This document shows positions 1 to 13,138 of a stretch of 64,000 nucleotides of DNA, one piece after another. The DNA is from Amoebophrya sp. A120 (Eukaryota > Protista > Dinoflagellata). The DNA lies in contig CAJINV010000005.1 of assembly GCA_905178155.1 (NCBI GenBank), positions 6,594,153-6,658,152 of the forward strand, read 5' to 3'. The notes beneath the pieces are model-generated. The model did not search any database. It was given only the letters and a program-made list of their open reading frames with translations, and had not been told where the DNA came from. Numbering within the stretch: the stretch's first letter is position 1; every line of letters starts with the position of its first letter. A program made the translations under genes and the position numbers.

Positions 1-192
1 GCCCCGCCGAGGGGGGCAGAAAAGGGCGCACTTTTCCAGGGGGGGCGCCGGCTCCACGGGCGGCAGGGCCATCCCGTTCTGTCGCAAAAAAAATAAAAAT
101 CCTGCCGCATCATGGGCAAGAAAAGCCACCGCGGGTGGCTCTTCTTCGCTGCAAGGTCGCAGCGCGGGGACTCTGTCCCCGCGCCATGACCT

Positions 193-419
193 TGTTTGTC
201 ATGCATATTTTCCATGAGCGGTGATGTCTGTGATGCATGCCGTAGCATCACAGATTTTTAGGGGGCTTTGCGATAGTACCTCTACCGCATGAGAAATGCC
301 TTCTCCGCGCTGGACAAACCCGACCCCTCTTGCTGGTCATGCACTGCAAATTTTTTTAGAATCCACCGACAGCATCACAAGTTGTGACCTTCCAGACCCA
401 GACATTTTTGCAGTTGATA
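193..419. mobile_element. Introner family A, right part only
   Basis: Right TIR TTCCAGACCCAGACATTTTTGCAGTTGATA; left end replaced by GC-rich sequence. Confidence 0.75.
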
Positions 420-3173
420 GCTGTTCGCTGGGAACTACCTGCCGTTATCCACAGCGGACGTGGAAAGCCAAGCGCCGGAGGCCCCGGGGTCGTGCTGCTG
501 AGAAGGGATCCGAAGTCAACCACAAGTGAAATTTTCAGAAGAGAAAAACATTATCAGACAAATATGAGACTTTTAGAGTGAGACAGATCTAGAAGTAAGT
601 TGTGCTTTTGGACAGATAAAAAACTACGGAAGATTTTACGCACGGAAGTAGTCTTCACATGTTGTACTTACGAGAAATCAATATTTATAGCAAGATGGAC
701 ATATAACTTTTACCTTTAGAATGAGATTTTTGGAAGATGTCAGCAATAGCTTCCGCAGCATGGGTGGAGAAATTCGGGCAGGAGGTGATCGTGCGCTTTC
801 GCCACTCTATCAGCAACGCCACCACTTTTTCTTCATCAGTTCATTTACACACGACCGCCCAGCATGTGAGACTCCGCAGTGTAAAAGTGTTGCTTACTTT
901 GAAGATGCCAGAAGAAGCAGCACATCGGAGCGGTAGTTGTTTCTCCGAGCCGCATTTCGAAAAACCGTTTATTCAGACACTGTAACCTTGTTTTATTTGT
1001 TTGCACATTTGACAGATCATTGGTTTCTTATTTGATTCATTGTTTTTACAACAGCATCAGCAATAGAAGATAACGAAAATTGTTCTGACGAGATCGACGA
1101 GACCGGCTTTTCTATGAAGTTATTTTTGGCTAACAAGTGGCAAAATGTGATCAGCCTGTGTACATTAAAGATTATGCTACTTCATCTTCATTTTGAAATG
1201 TATGACAAAGCGGAAAGACGATTACCCCGCCACCAAGAGTACTACTACTTCTCCCGCCAGGTTGCTCGCTTGAGAGCAAATACAAGCGAGCTTATTTTTG
1301 TTCTTGTTTCTCCCTAGAATCAACAGCTCCTGGCGGTGGAGGACACGAAGCCATAAAATCATACGAAAAAAGCACTGATGAAATCGTACGACAACTTCAC
1401 ACGCTCTTTTTTCGAAGTATTATCTCGGTCCGTTTTTTCGACGTCGTGGAGAAGCAGGATCCCGCTATAGAAGTCGGTTACCATTTCAAAAATCGTCCAC
1501 AACGACCAAGTTTTTTTCCTAGGAAAATAAGCACTGGACAGGCGTCAGCTTGTTTTCATCAAAAGCGTATCTGTGTATTTGTCTATGCAGCGGAACTTGT
1601 AGTTACTTTTAGAATTCGTCCGCTTTGACTAGTATATCTGTACGGCTCATGATCTTGCAGAACGAAGGACAGGAAGAAGTCCACATTTATCTTTGTGGCA
1701 AAGCCTAAAAATTGTCGTCCATGCCCGCGAGGAAAGGCGGTAATTATAGGTATTGTACAACAGTACAGAGCTCCTGCAGCAGCCAATACGTTCAGCGCAG
1801 AAAGCACTTGTCGCTTCAATAAGTTATGCAACAAGACTAAGTACAAATAGCGAATCGAAAGCTTTGACGACGTCGAATACGTTTTTACTTTGCATGTGAG
1901 AGTCTCGTCGTGTCTACAACGTTACAGTTTCGGATTGCATCAAGGTGATTTATTTCGTCGAAAGCATACTCGTCTACTCTAAGTACAAGTTCGCAAGAAC
2001 AACTCTGCAAGGAGGAGTTGTCGTCGGTTTTCTTTTCGTTGTGAAGATTTTTTCGTCGAAGAACTGTCGTGAAAAGCTGGCACGTGCTGCCCACCGAAAA
2101 GAGAAATAAATATTCGGTCGTTTTACTATGAGAACTACGGTAGCATTATATGCGTAGGCTGTACTTCGTTACTTGCGCAGCTACCGAAGCCTATCGATTT
2201 GTCGTTTTTTTCGCAGATGAAGTGGTCTTAGCGCTGCTCGTCCCGTATAACGAGCAGGGTCGTCAGAAGTGTAACGTCAATACGTGCTGGCTATTGTATG
2301 CTGCTATTCGTCGTTTTTTCCTACTCTAGCCTGCCAGCGACAGGCTGTGCTGGTTGTACCTACCTCGTTCGTCCGCGGAAAGATACGGAAAGAGAAAACG
2401 TTTTTATAGTCGCATTCATACTATGCGTAAAATGTGTAGTTGCTCTGTGGCGTCTTTCAGTAATCTACTAATAGTTCATTCTACGGTCGTGCTTTTCATT
2501 GTGGCAAGAAAAATTCATCACCCCGCACATCAAAGACAGTTGCAGCAAGAAGAAAATCGGTTTGGAAGTGTCACTCTGAAGAACCACTTTTTTCCGCAAG
2601 ATAGAACAACAAACCTCCTGGATAATTAGACCTCTCTAGTCGAAAATTGTCACTTCTGACTCCTATTGCGTTTGATATTTAGCTGCATAAGACACCTCTC
2701 GTGCGTAAAATCTTTATTTTCGGCGTCAGTTCGTGCGCCAACAAATTTACCTTTACTTCTTTTTGGCTCCACAGAAGAGATCGGTGTATTGCATTTCTTG
2801 TCGTCTGAACGAGCGTTGCCGTCTTTTCAAAGAAGATTACAACTGGAAGATATTAAGTTGCACGACCTACAGTAGCACAGGGACGCGAAAAAAGGAAAAT
2901 TGCATGGTCTACAAGTACAACGAACTGCAACTACACGGAAACAAGCATTTTGTTTCGCACACGTACCAGGCACACGGAAACAAGGCACAGGACGTCGCAC
3001 ACGCAGTTCTTCTGCAGGCACTTGAGTAGTATCTACCTCAAAACAAGTCGACGCCGACCACATCAAAGTGCCGCGGTTCCTCTACCCGGCAACCCCGCAG
3101 AACTGGGTTTTGAACCTTGTCAACATCTACGTCGCAGCTTCACCAACAGCAACGGCACCAACTTCCTTCAACC

Positions 3174-6100
3174 ATGACGGCGGGCGTGGAGGAGAAAACG
3201 GCGGCCGTGGCGGCGAAGAACACCGTGGAAGTGAAAAAGAACACCGCGGACGCGAAAATCAGTAAGAACACTGGCCTGCTCAAGGAACAAGCCAAGAAGA
3301 AGAAGAAGAAGAAAACGAAGGCTGGAGTTGTCAGCGAACCTGCACCCTGGCATCTGATGCTCGCGACCGAAAGTGGAACTTGTGATGCAGAAAATAACCA
3401 AATAACCGGCGCACAAGAACTGCAGTCCGATAGCAACAAAATTGACGCTGGAGAAGATGGAGTGCCGCCACCGCTGCTGACCACCACGTCGGAAGCGAGG
3501 TATCCTAGTGAAAAAAGCGGGTAGAGTCAGGGCCTTTTTGTCATGCAAAAATGAAAGTCATACTGAATTGGAAAATCTGTAATGGGCACAGGACCAGTAG
3601 CGTCCTGGGCTGCTTTTTGCGGTACTATAATGCAAGAGAGATTCATTATTTTTCGTGGACATGGACTTGGTTTTGGATATACAAGCATGGCCCGCCACAG
3701 CTGTTTTCTCTGGGATACGAGAACCTTGAGCACTATGGATCTGTCAGGATCGAAATCGTCAAAGTTGAAATGATTTTTCATGCATAAAATGCAGCCCACA
3801 AAGTGCCCGTCTTGCAGAGTAGGCAAGTGAGGCAGATTGTAAGCCTGTTGAGGGGTAGAAACTGAGGCGCTAAACTAGCATGACAAAAGGCGTCTTCCTT
3901 ATTCAAACAGCATGACAAACTGGATACCGGTTCTACCCAGATTTATCATGCGCCACTTGGAAACTGGATTTCAAGTGGCATCCATTTTATGCATTACAAA
4001 CTATTTCCACTTTGACGATTTCAAACCTGACGCTTCCATAAGCACCACGACGCCGTCCTCGAGCTCCTCGTCGAACAGCGGCTCCTGCAGCGATATCAAA
4101 TGCAAATATCGATCTGGGTCTGGAAGCGTGCAAGTTTGTCATGCTCGGTTAGCATGAATGTGAATCTCAAGGCCTCTGTCATGCGCATTACCCCAAGGGG
4201 AAGGGCCCCAACTTTCTGTCATGCAAAAACGCAGTTTGTCATTGACTTTGTCACACTGAAATCACCTCAGAAAATTGTTATGCTGAGCCGCCACTTGATC
4301 TGGCATCGTCCTCGTGATCTTTCGCCATGCAGCAGCACAGGTTCTTTCCAGACCCAGGTCGAGATTTTCATTCGATAAGCGAAGAGCTGGCCGCTGGCGG
4401 GAACTACGTCATGTCTACTTCTTCCGGGAAAGAAGTTGAGCCCGGTTTTCTAGTAGTTGGCACTTCAACTTCTGACGCTGGTAATACTTCTTATTCGGCA
4501 TCTAAAAACGCGGTTTCCTTTTCCGTCGAGATCATCCACTGTGCGTTCGAACCCGAGCCAGTGACGTTTGGGCCGCTGCGTGTGGAGATTCCCAAACCCT
4601 TTGAGACGAAGCTTTTCGGACAAGGACAGAACAATGATGATACAGCGGGAATATCAAATGCAAAAATGTCTGGGTCTGGAAGAATACAACTTGTAATGCG
4701 TATTTCAGAACACAGAGAAGTCTCTCATGCATACGTAGCAAAAGCTCCCCACTTTCTGTCAGCAAAATAGGGGACTTGTCATGCGGATTCGGCATTGCGG
4801 AAGCTTCTCGAAACCTGTGATGCTAGAGCTTCCATGCCAGACCTTCTGTGTGATGCAAAAACAGCATGACTCTTCCAGACCCAGACACTTTTACATATGA
4901 TAGGGACGGACAATCATCCACTGCGCGTTCGAACCCGAGCCGGTCACGTTTGGGCCGCTGCGTGTGGATATCAAATGTAAAAATGTCTGGGTCTGGAAGA
5001 CTGCAACTTGTCATGCTAAATCTGAAGCATGTAAAAATCTGTGTTGCATGATTACCAAAAGTCGTCCAGTTTTGACCAAGTCGGGAGGGAGTTTCTCATG
5101 CAGGATAGGCATGAGAGAGATCGCACAGAATCTGTCATGCTAGGCCCTGCATTCCAGACCTCATGGGTCATGGAAAATCTGCATGACAAATCGCGCATTC
5201 TTCCAGACCCAGACATTTTTACATTTGATAGTGGAGATTCCGAAACCCTTTGAGACGAAGCTTTTCGGACAAGGGCAGAACAATGATGATATTTTTACAG
5301 CGGGACGAACAACAACAGTTGGACTTGGAGCAGCCACTACTAGTACACCTTCATCAACCTCCTCCGCAGTAGATGAACTAGAAAAACTGCAGCAGCGAGC
5401 GCTGTATGCATTGCCAATATGTCTGGGTCTGGAAGGATGCAAGGTTTGTCATGCTTGTCTAGCATGACTCTGAGCTCTGTATCGCGTGCCCGCAAAGAGC
5501 TCCTCTTTCCTGTCATGCAAAAACGAAGATTCTCATGCGGATTACGCAACTCAGAACCACGGAAAAATTTGTCATGCTTGGCAGTGCATTACAGTGAGCG
5601 CATTGTAGTTCCCTGACTTGCATCACAAGTTTCCAGACCCAGACATATCTGCAACCCATACGCTGGAATTTTGTGCGAATTTGAAGCCAGCGGAGATAGA
5701 AGAATTGCTGGCCGCCGAAAGGAAAAGGAGAACTACTTCTACCCGTAAAAATGCAGCTGATATCCACAGGCACAGTAAATCTAAATTTGCCGCACACGAC
5801 GTACGAATGCGGTTTCTGCATGACGAGTGCTTTCTACAATGCTAATAGCAGCATGACAAGTTGTACTTCCTAATATGCTCAATAAAATTGGGAAAGTCAA
5901 CATTTGTGATGCATTTTGATGTACGTGCAGTACGGCAGATTTGTATTGCATAACAGCCAGTACAGGGGAACAGCAGCAAGGCGAGGAAGTGGATGAGATT
6001 ATGGAGGAGATTGAGAACTACTATCAGCAAGAGTCCGGTACTATCAAATGCAAATATGTTGTCATCTGGGTCTGGGAGATTGCGAGATTTGTCATGCAAG

Positions 6101-6988
6101 CTTGGCATGACTCTGAAATCTGTATTGCGTGGCCGCAAAGTAGAGCTCGTCTTGCCTGTCATGCAAAAACGCAGTTTCTCATGCGGAGTAAGCAACTCAG
6201 AATTTTTCCATGGAAAAACTTGTCATGCTTGGCAGCGCATTACAGTGCGCTCCCTATTCCCTTTCTTGCATCACAAGTTCCCAGACATCCAGGGATATTT
6301 GCGATGCATAGGTACCAGTACCATCAGTGCCGTCACCCGGCAAACCATGGCGGGCGATCAGATCCGAATCTACTTATCAAATGCAAAAATGTAGTCTGGG
6401 TCTGGAAAAGTGCATCGTTTGTCATGCACGTTTTGCATGACGCGTGAGGTCTGTGATGCATGCCCTAGCATCACAGATTATGTGAGATCTTTACCATGCC
6501 TTTTCCGCATAAGAAACTACCTCCCGGCCTTCTCAAAAGTGAACAGCTTTATTGGCAATCATGCAACACAGATTTATGTATGATTCAGATTTAGCATGAC
6601 AAGTTGTACTCTTCCAGACCCAGACATATTTGCATTTGATACTACTACGACGGGAATGATTTGTCATGCACTGGCGGACGCGAAGGCGAACAGTCAACAT
6701 GCGGGTTTCATGATCCCAGCAACAAGAACAGCATCAAGCAATGGACCATCACATGGGAGGGGTTTCATATCGCAAGAAAAAACTGTTTCACTATAAATTT
6801 GTGATGCATTTTCCCTTTGGAGGCTGGCATGGCGAATTTTCTTTGTGATGTAGTGGGACAAACTTGCGATGCAAAATCTGCAAAGTAAGTGTTTTACAGT
6901 GGAACAGTTTTTTCGTTGGATATTGCAGGAAGTGGCTGTTGGAACGGTGACCAGCTGCACGGACTTGTTCGGGGATTACTTTCTGTGA
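3174..6988 (+). CDS. Hypothetical protein with 10 introner-type introns and an internally duplicated ~37-aa segment
   Basis: ORF pieces (MTAGVEEK..., SEELAAGG..., LEFCANLK..., EEVDEIMEE..., WTITWEGFQEV...DYFL*) join in one frame when each TIR element + 5 nt is removed. Start codon uncertain; no recognisable domain. Confidence 0.7.
3501..3717. mobile_element. Introner (TATCCTAGTGAAAA type)
   Basis: Imperfect TIR; TSD CGAGG/CGAGA; frame restored. Confidence 0.8.
3734..4040. mobile_element. Introner family G (TATGG..GTCAGGATCGAAATCGTCAAAG)
   Basis: ~35-bp TIR; TSD AGCAC. Confidence 0.88.
4094..4377. mobile_element. Introner family A
   Basis: TATCAAATG..CTGGGTCTGGAA TIR; TSD AGCGA. Confidence 0.88.
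4652..4902. mobile_element. Introner family A
   Basis: TIR; TSD GGGAA/GGGAC; inverted relative of 30960-31214. Confidence 0.88.
4969..5230. mobile_element. Introner family A
   Basis: Near-perfect 30-bp TIR; TSD GTGGA; empty site at ~4582. Confidence 0.93.
5405..5660. mobile_element. Introner family A (TATG end)
   Basis: TIR; TSD CGCTG. Confidence 0.88.
5761..5952. mobile_element. Degenerate introner
   Basis: TATCC...GCATA, weak TIR, TSD lost; +5 removal restores frame. Confidence 0.6.
6042..6310. mobile_element. Introner family A
   Basis: TIR; TSD GGTAC. Confidence 0.88.
6375..6641. mobile_element. Introner family A
   Basis: TIR; TSD CTACT. Confidence 0.9.
6768..6922. mobile_element. Introner family B (TATCGCAAGAAAAAA)
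   Basis: TIR; TSD TTTCA/TTGCA. Confidence 0.82.
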
Positions 6989-7685
6989 AGACAAAGAGCA
7001 ATACTGTGAGCTGTTAAAAACAATAGCAGCCGCCTTGTACGGCTCATCCATTGTCCTTTCAACAATATGGCGCAACAACTTACGCCCTGGTGGGTGTAGG
7101 TAACTACTTGCTGCGTTTTGAAGAGTAGTTTTCTCGAAAGTTTAAGTAGTTTGTGATAGTAAAAGATCAAAGTTTCTCAGAACGCGCAGCCCCCGGTTTT
7201 GGCAGATAGTGTATGCGTTTGTTTCGTTTTGACTGTTTGAACCCGTATTTGATTCTCATTTTCCTTTATACAAGTGCTACAACTTCTGCTACTGGTACAT
7301 TAAACCCCCCGCATCGCGTTCTGTTTTCTACCCACAACGTAATCATCAATGCACTTGTAACATCAGCTCTATTTTTGTCCTCACCACAACTCAAATAGCT
7401 TTTTGCCCCTGGTGTCTCGCTGTTTGCGATATCAGTCTTGCGAACTGACAATCCCACAGTGGTTGTTCTTGAGTTCCGCTTCTTGTGCTTTCTATTCGAC
7501 GAGAGAGATGAGGAGCAATCCGAGGAGAGAAAAATTGTCATTTTGTCTCGGCCGTGCAAAATCGTGCTCGTGTTGCCTCTTGGTCAACCACAAGACGAGA
7601 AGATGACAACTTTTGTCGTGTCAATTCGTCTTTTTCTCCTGAGTGCTGTTGCGAGCGCCACTTGACGTCTGAGCAGTCTTGCGTT

Positions 7686-7783
7686 TCATAAATCGTTGTA
7701 GGTTCTTCTTGTCGGGTCCCGTCACTTCATAAATCGTTGTTGGGTCCCGTCACTTCATAAATCGTTGTTGGGTACCGTCACTT
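7686..7783. repeat. Short tandem repeat, ~27-bp unit, three copies (intergenic)
   Basis: TTCATAAATCGTTGT...GGGT(C/A)CCGTCAC three times. Confidence 0.75.
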
Positions 7784-7924
7784 GACGAATCTCGTGGCCG
7801 CATACTAGAGGCAAAGAAAGACCAACCTAGTTCTTGCCGCAAGAACTGTTGTTCCTGAAGATTTTCCAAACGGCGAGGACGACAACTACTACTGCTCTCC
7901 TCGTTGGAAGAGAAAATAAACGTC

Positions 7925-10900
7925 ATGGCAACTGCACCAGCCGCGACCTCATCCAGTGCCGCTACGCTTCCCATGCCAATGCCCGGGCCGGCGCCACTTC
8001 CCACCGGCTCTGAGCAGATCGGCGGCTCTGCGTCCTCAACCAGCGCGGCTGGAGTATTACAATGAAAAATGCCCCCACGCCCACCCCCGAACTTGAAAGC
8101 ATTTGTATTGCAAACCTTTCCAAATGAAACATTCGCCCTCTTGCATGTATCAGCATCACAGATTTCCGATCGTGAATAGCAAAAATTTGTATTGCAAAAG
8201 ATCCCAGCAAGAGCGGTGCTTGTCATGTAAGCGATGCGAAACACAACTAGAATCTGCATCAGAAAGATTCATACTCCTTTCATGCATGACAAAAAGTTTT
8301 CATTTGGAAACTTCGCATCACAAATTTTTGCAACTTTGGGGTGGGGGGCACTTTTCACTGTAATATGGAGGTGCGCGACCCGGTTCTCTTGCGGCGTCTT
8401 CGAATGTAGCGGCAGCAGGTATGCATCGCAAAAGCACCTGTTATCGTGCTCGTATAGAATTGGCCATCGCGCATGACAGATCTGGGTTCTTCCCTATATT
8501 TGGAATTAATTATTTCGTGCTGTGGAAATGTGTCGTGCAAGAAAACAACTCTAACTCACTACCTGCACGATCACAGTAGTACTTTTGCAATGCATAGCAG
8601 CTGGGTTCCGGCAAATCAACACCAATGTGCGAAGGTGTGGCGACTTTGGCGACTACTTCTTTGACGGCAGTTGGAAGGCCAGTTCCTTCGTTTCACCCCC
8701 AGGCCACCTGGACACGGAACTGCGAACGCCATGGGTACTACTTAGAGTCAGAAATTTAAACATGTAGATCAGTGGGAACGAACAAGTTTGTGATGCGCGT
8801 ATGACCACAGGGAAATACTGTGAAGAAATCGTGGATAAACATAAAGAGTTTATTCATCTTCATCTTGATGTCCTTTCACAGTACTATCATGATTAAGTAC
8901 TTACCTGCTCCGGTAGATTTAGTTGTGCCGATCTTGTTCTCTCAATACCTTACAGACGAAGACCCTGAACTTCGTACCGAGATCGGGAAAGGCCGGCCCG
9001 CCCGCTTTGTGGCCGATCGATCACGTAACAAAGACCCCGACCGTGCCGCAGGAGCCGGTTTGGGGCTACGACAAATTATCGCTGCGGGGAAATCACGTGC
9101 CGGGATACTCGGGCTTTATTCCAGGCGAGAAAGCGGAGACGATTTATGGGAGTTTACGGTCGGGAATAAGTGACCACGCGGAGGGAATTATCCTGAGTAA
9201 AAACGTACCCACACCAGAGTCAGGATGGGGATTTTGCAACACAAACCTCGGAGTTTTGTGAGTCACGCATGACAAGTTGCACTCTGCAGTGTAGTGCAGG
9301 TTAGCAAGTACAGCCGCATCACAGACTCATCTGCTCATCCTGTTCACAGCATCACAAATTCCAAAACACGATTGGAAATGGCTCTCATGCGGATGCGCAT
9401 TACAAGTCTTCCTGTCTTTGCAAATCTGCATTACAACTCTGGTGTGGGAACGTTTTTACTCAGGATAGGAATACGGCCCTACGAGGAGAAAGACGTCAGC
9501 TTGAAGCCGATTCTGGTATTAGATAGAGTGAATTTATTATCTTTTACGCAGTTCTTGCAAGACAGAGCTGGTAATCATGCGTTTATTACGTAGTTGTTGC
9601 AAGACAGATCTCATGCGCACAGGAGGGACATGATAGTCTTTCCTTCCTTCCTGCTTAGATTCCACCTTTTCCAATCCACGAGTTTTTTCTCGTTATACAA
9701 CACACAGACTTCGACGTCAAAGGATAAACAAATTTTTACAGTACAACAATCCCACGATCGGGCGGATGCCCCTGAAGAAAATCCTGAAGACCACGGATTT
9801 GATTCACACGGTGAGCGTATCACAGTCGGAAAAATCGGAAATCCTCGACGTTACATCTCTCAATCGATACAGAAAGATTATGTGCTACGTTTTTGCTCTG
9901 GCTGGGTCTCTCCGGCAATGTGAACGTAGCATATAATCGGAGTCATGGCTTTTACTATCGGAAGAGGATTTGCGTTTTTCCACTTGATTCCCGTACGGAA
10001 ATCTGGAGCCCAATCCTGGGAGTCGGTTGAAGCAATACAAAGACCACGTTCCGCCGCCAAGGATAACGCGTACTATATTTAGGTTTGGCATGCAGAAACT
10101 CTTTCAAAAATCGCATTTGTGATGCTGGATACGACCACGCATGGTTGATGACAAAAAAAAATCACCCTTCAGCAAACTGCTCCTCCACCGGTATACTTGG
10201 ATGGTCGGGTTTATCCCAGAAGAAAAAAGATACGTCTAGATCACATTTGTAATGCAAAAAAAAGTAACCACTGCAAGCACGTGCATCTAGACCTACAGCA
10301 CGACGAGACAAAAAATTTTATTGCCATAGTGTATCCCAGCCAGCATGATGCTACGGGCTCGCCCATGACAAACTTTTATTCCGTATCCGTGCATCTACTT
10401 TTGCATTACAAATGTGAAGATCTTTTTTCCGCCTGATACGATTTCCGACCTGTGGTGAACCGGAACCTAGATGGACGGAAACCGAGCTACCTGTCCCACG
10501 ATGTTTATCCAAGATAAAAATTGTCAATTAGTGTAAATCTGCGATGCAGAACATGTAAGGTAGTTGCACTTGTCATGCTGGATGAAGCGCGTCCCAGGCT
10601 GCCTGCTTTTCCATGCGTGTTTGCAACACGTGGTAACTATGCATCGCAACTTTTCTCTCTCATCCAGTACAGATTTGTGATGCTGTCAGCCCAAGATGAA
10701 AGCTGCACTAGGTAAACAGTTTTTTTCTTGGATAATGTACAGATGATCACCGGGAAAAATGTATGGAATGCTGAAGACGCAACACAAATTCTCACTTCTA
10801 TACTGAAGACGCAATATTACAAATTTTCACATCCTCTACTTTCTTCAGCATGAGGATATAAAATCGTTTGTCATGCTAAAAGTAAAAGGCCAAGGCTGCT

Positions 10901-11045
10901 AAGAGGCCAAGGGTCCTTGTATGGTTTCGCATGTCAAGAAGTACCCGAAGAAGATATAAGCAAAGTGAGAATTATGCTCAAGCAACGGCTTCGCCTTCCA
11001 TACACCAATCCGGGCTACACGGGCTACCGGCCGGGGCATATTTGA
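7925..11045 (+). CDS. Putative axonemal microtubule-inner protein with PGY(S/T)G(F/Y)xP repeats (FAM166/CIMIP2-like)
   Basis: Spliced frame MATAPAAT...; motifs HVPGYSGFIPGEKAETIYG (~9095), ILGWSGFRP (across 10212-10438) and NPGYTGYRPGHI* (~11010). Five introners plus GT-AG introns (e.g. 8735-8955). Some internal exons approximate. Confidence 0.6.
8055..8365. mobile_element. Introner family E-like (TATTACAATGAAAAATGCCCCC)
   Basis: TIR; TSD TGGAG. Confidence 0.88.
8420..8596. mobile_element. Introner (TATGCATCGCAAAAG type)
   Basis: TIR; TSD GCAGG/GCAGC. Confidence 0.82.
9189..9467. mobile_element. Introner family C (TATCCTGAGTAAAAACGTACCC)
   Basis: ~32-bp TIR; TSD GGAAT; near-identical to 60376-60654. 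Confidence 0.92.
10212..10438. mobile_element. Introner family B-like
   Basis: TIR; decayed TSD GGGTT/CGATT; restores GWSGFRP. Confidence 0.78.
10506..10734. mobile_element. Introner family B
   Basis: TATCCAAGA...TCTTGGATA; TSD ATGTT/ATGTA. Confidence 0.85.
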
Positions 11046-12078
11046 GGGGAAAAAGACCTTTCGTGATGGGAACAACGAGAGGTTCGGGTAGAAGTTGGGT
11101 TTCTAAAATATGGTAAGCGCCGGACGTTGTTAGTAGATTAAATGATTAAACAATTGTTGTAAGATGTTAGAGTCACCTACTACTCCACCTACTGCATCAC
11201 TGCTTTCTTCAAAGCAGAACTAAGAGATTTTTCCATCAGGAGTGCACTGAGAAGGTACCACTAATGTCTTGTTCAATACCATTTGAAATGAAAGTCTTCT
11301 CTCATGTAAAAAAAGGGTGGAGCAGGATGATCTGAACACAGGTAACGACCGTGAACTGCTTGAGCTGGTTTGTACAAATTTCGATTGCCATTGCATCAGT
11401 ACCCAAGAAACTAGCTGTTATCCGTGTGACCGCAGTATTTGTACACGATCGCAGCCGTGCCGCTTGCTGTAGCAAGGACCACAGACTCTAGAGCAGGGGT
11501 GGGAGGTGAGTGGGAAAGGAGGGAAAGGGGAAGGCAGCGAGCGGGACAGGGGGGACGCAGAAAAGAGGGTGGTAGCCGGAAAGGAGGGGGGGAAGGGGAG
11601 CAAGGTGGAAGGAGGGGGGGAGCCGGGAAGGCGGTGCCAAAGAGAAGGAGAGAAAGCAGCAACTCGCGAAAAGGAAAGGGAGAAGAGGGGCAAAGAGGAG
11701 GAAACAGGGGAAAACGCTTCAAAGGGGGGTGAGCAGCAGGGGGGAAACGGGGGGAAATGCGAAAAAAGACGGGCATGCCAGGGCAGAGAGGTAGAGAGAA
11801 GAGCGGAAGCAGGAAGCAGGCGGCATTGATGGGAATTCGTGGGGTTTGTTCCGCACGGTAGAAGAAATTCTCCGGACATGGGCTTCCCAGGTGATTTCTG
11901 GGAAGCAGTCTACGGCGTACTGCTTCACAGGAGGAAGTTTGTAGTAGAATTCCGTGCTTCACCGGGTGATGAAGCTGTGTGGATGCCCGAACCGGGCCCG
12001 GGGCCCTCGCCGGACCCCGGGGTCCCCCCCCCCCTCCCCCCTCCTCGAGGGGGGGTCCCCTCCCCCGGACCCCGGGGG

Positions 12079-12212
12079 NNNNNNNNNNNNNNNNNNNNNN
12101 NNNNNNNNNNNNNNNNNNNNNNNNNNNNNNNNNNNNNNNNNNNNNNNNNNNNNNNNNNNNNNNNNNNNNNNNNNNNNNNNNNNNNNNNNNNNNNNNNNNN
12201 NNNNNNNNNNNN
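12079..12212. other. Assembly gap in GC-rich, purine-skewed sequence
   Basis: N run flanked by C/G homopolymer tracts. Confidence 0.95.
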
Positions 12213-13138
12213 CCCCCCCCCGGACCGCGGGAAGGGGGGGGCTTCGAGCAGTTGCGGCTGCAGAAAGCAAGGCTCCCTGTGCACTGGTCTGTTCTTTTTT
12301 TCACTGGTTCTTTATAAATAGCCTTTCTAGAGGACGAGCAGGGCGAGTGTTTCGCTTTTGATCTGGTGAGAGTGCGTTTTTTCTCCCCGCGTTATAGAGC
12401 AGCTTTGGTTTATATTTGCAGCTGTGAGCGACTGACTTCGTTTTTTTCCAAAGGAGAGCTCTTGCGTTTTCGCAAGCGGTGAAGTTTTTTTTTTATCGTG
12501 TGATGTCTGTGGTTTTTTGGTGTGTGAGTTGCTTGCTGCTACTCCATCGGGTTCTTCGCCGCGCTGCGCTTCGGTTTTATTTTTCGTGGCCGATGGTGTG
12601 TAAAGTAAAAGAAAAAGTAAAAGTATTGATGTCACGGTCAATTGTTTCATCGACGTGCAGCCCGCCGACATGAGACCCTCCAGTTTTGTATTGCCGTATC
12701 GGTATCTCTATCTTCTAACGGCCATCAAAATCTGTCTTCACCCGGAGGCGTTTCTTTGTTTTTAAGCATTTTTTTCCACGTCGCGAAAGGTTCTACTAGG
12801 TCTCTACCAATCTTCAGAAGTATCGACTGAACACGAGCGCGTTTATTTCCCAAACATTGGATTTAGACTTCGGAGGTTTATTCAGCTCTGCAACCAGTAG
12901 CATGAGTGTAGTTACAAGTTTTTTAAAGTCATATTTAAGTCCTTCGACGGCTTGAAGACGAAGACGCACTCGTGATGTGTCAGTGATGTAATGAAGTGTC
13001 GAGCAGTTCCTGAGTACTGCAACAATTTATAGATAAAGTTTTTGAAGAAATAATTCTTGATGGTGCGGGAACAACATATCAGATTGAATCGGAGTAAGAA
13101 GCTAGCGTTCTTGCTGTGCAGCTGCGACTCTTGCAAGC

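Noticed and set aside
700-3070. Short ORFs in the AT-richer stretch
   Set aside because: No domain-like content, introners or supporting structure; treated as intergenic, though a small gene cannot be excluded.
3501-6922. Regularly spaced repeats with unique spacers, resembling a CRISPR array or integron cassettes
   Set aside because: The repeats are inverted pairs bounding 150-300 bp elements, the spacers are in-frame exons, and there is no cas or integrase gene. The context is eukaryotic.
7750-8259. 169-aa minus-strand ORF
   Set aside because: It runs through an introner. The + strand frame from ATG 7925 splices consistently, while the minus frames stop in the next exon.
11411-12361. Long overlapping ORFs around the N gap
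   Set aside because: Low-complexity purine-skewed GC-rich DNA read through Ns; no recognisable protein.
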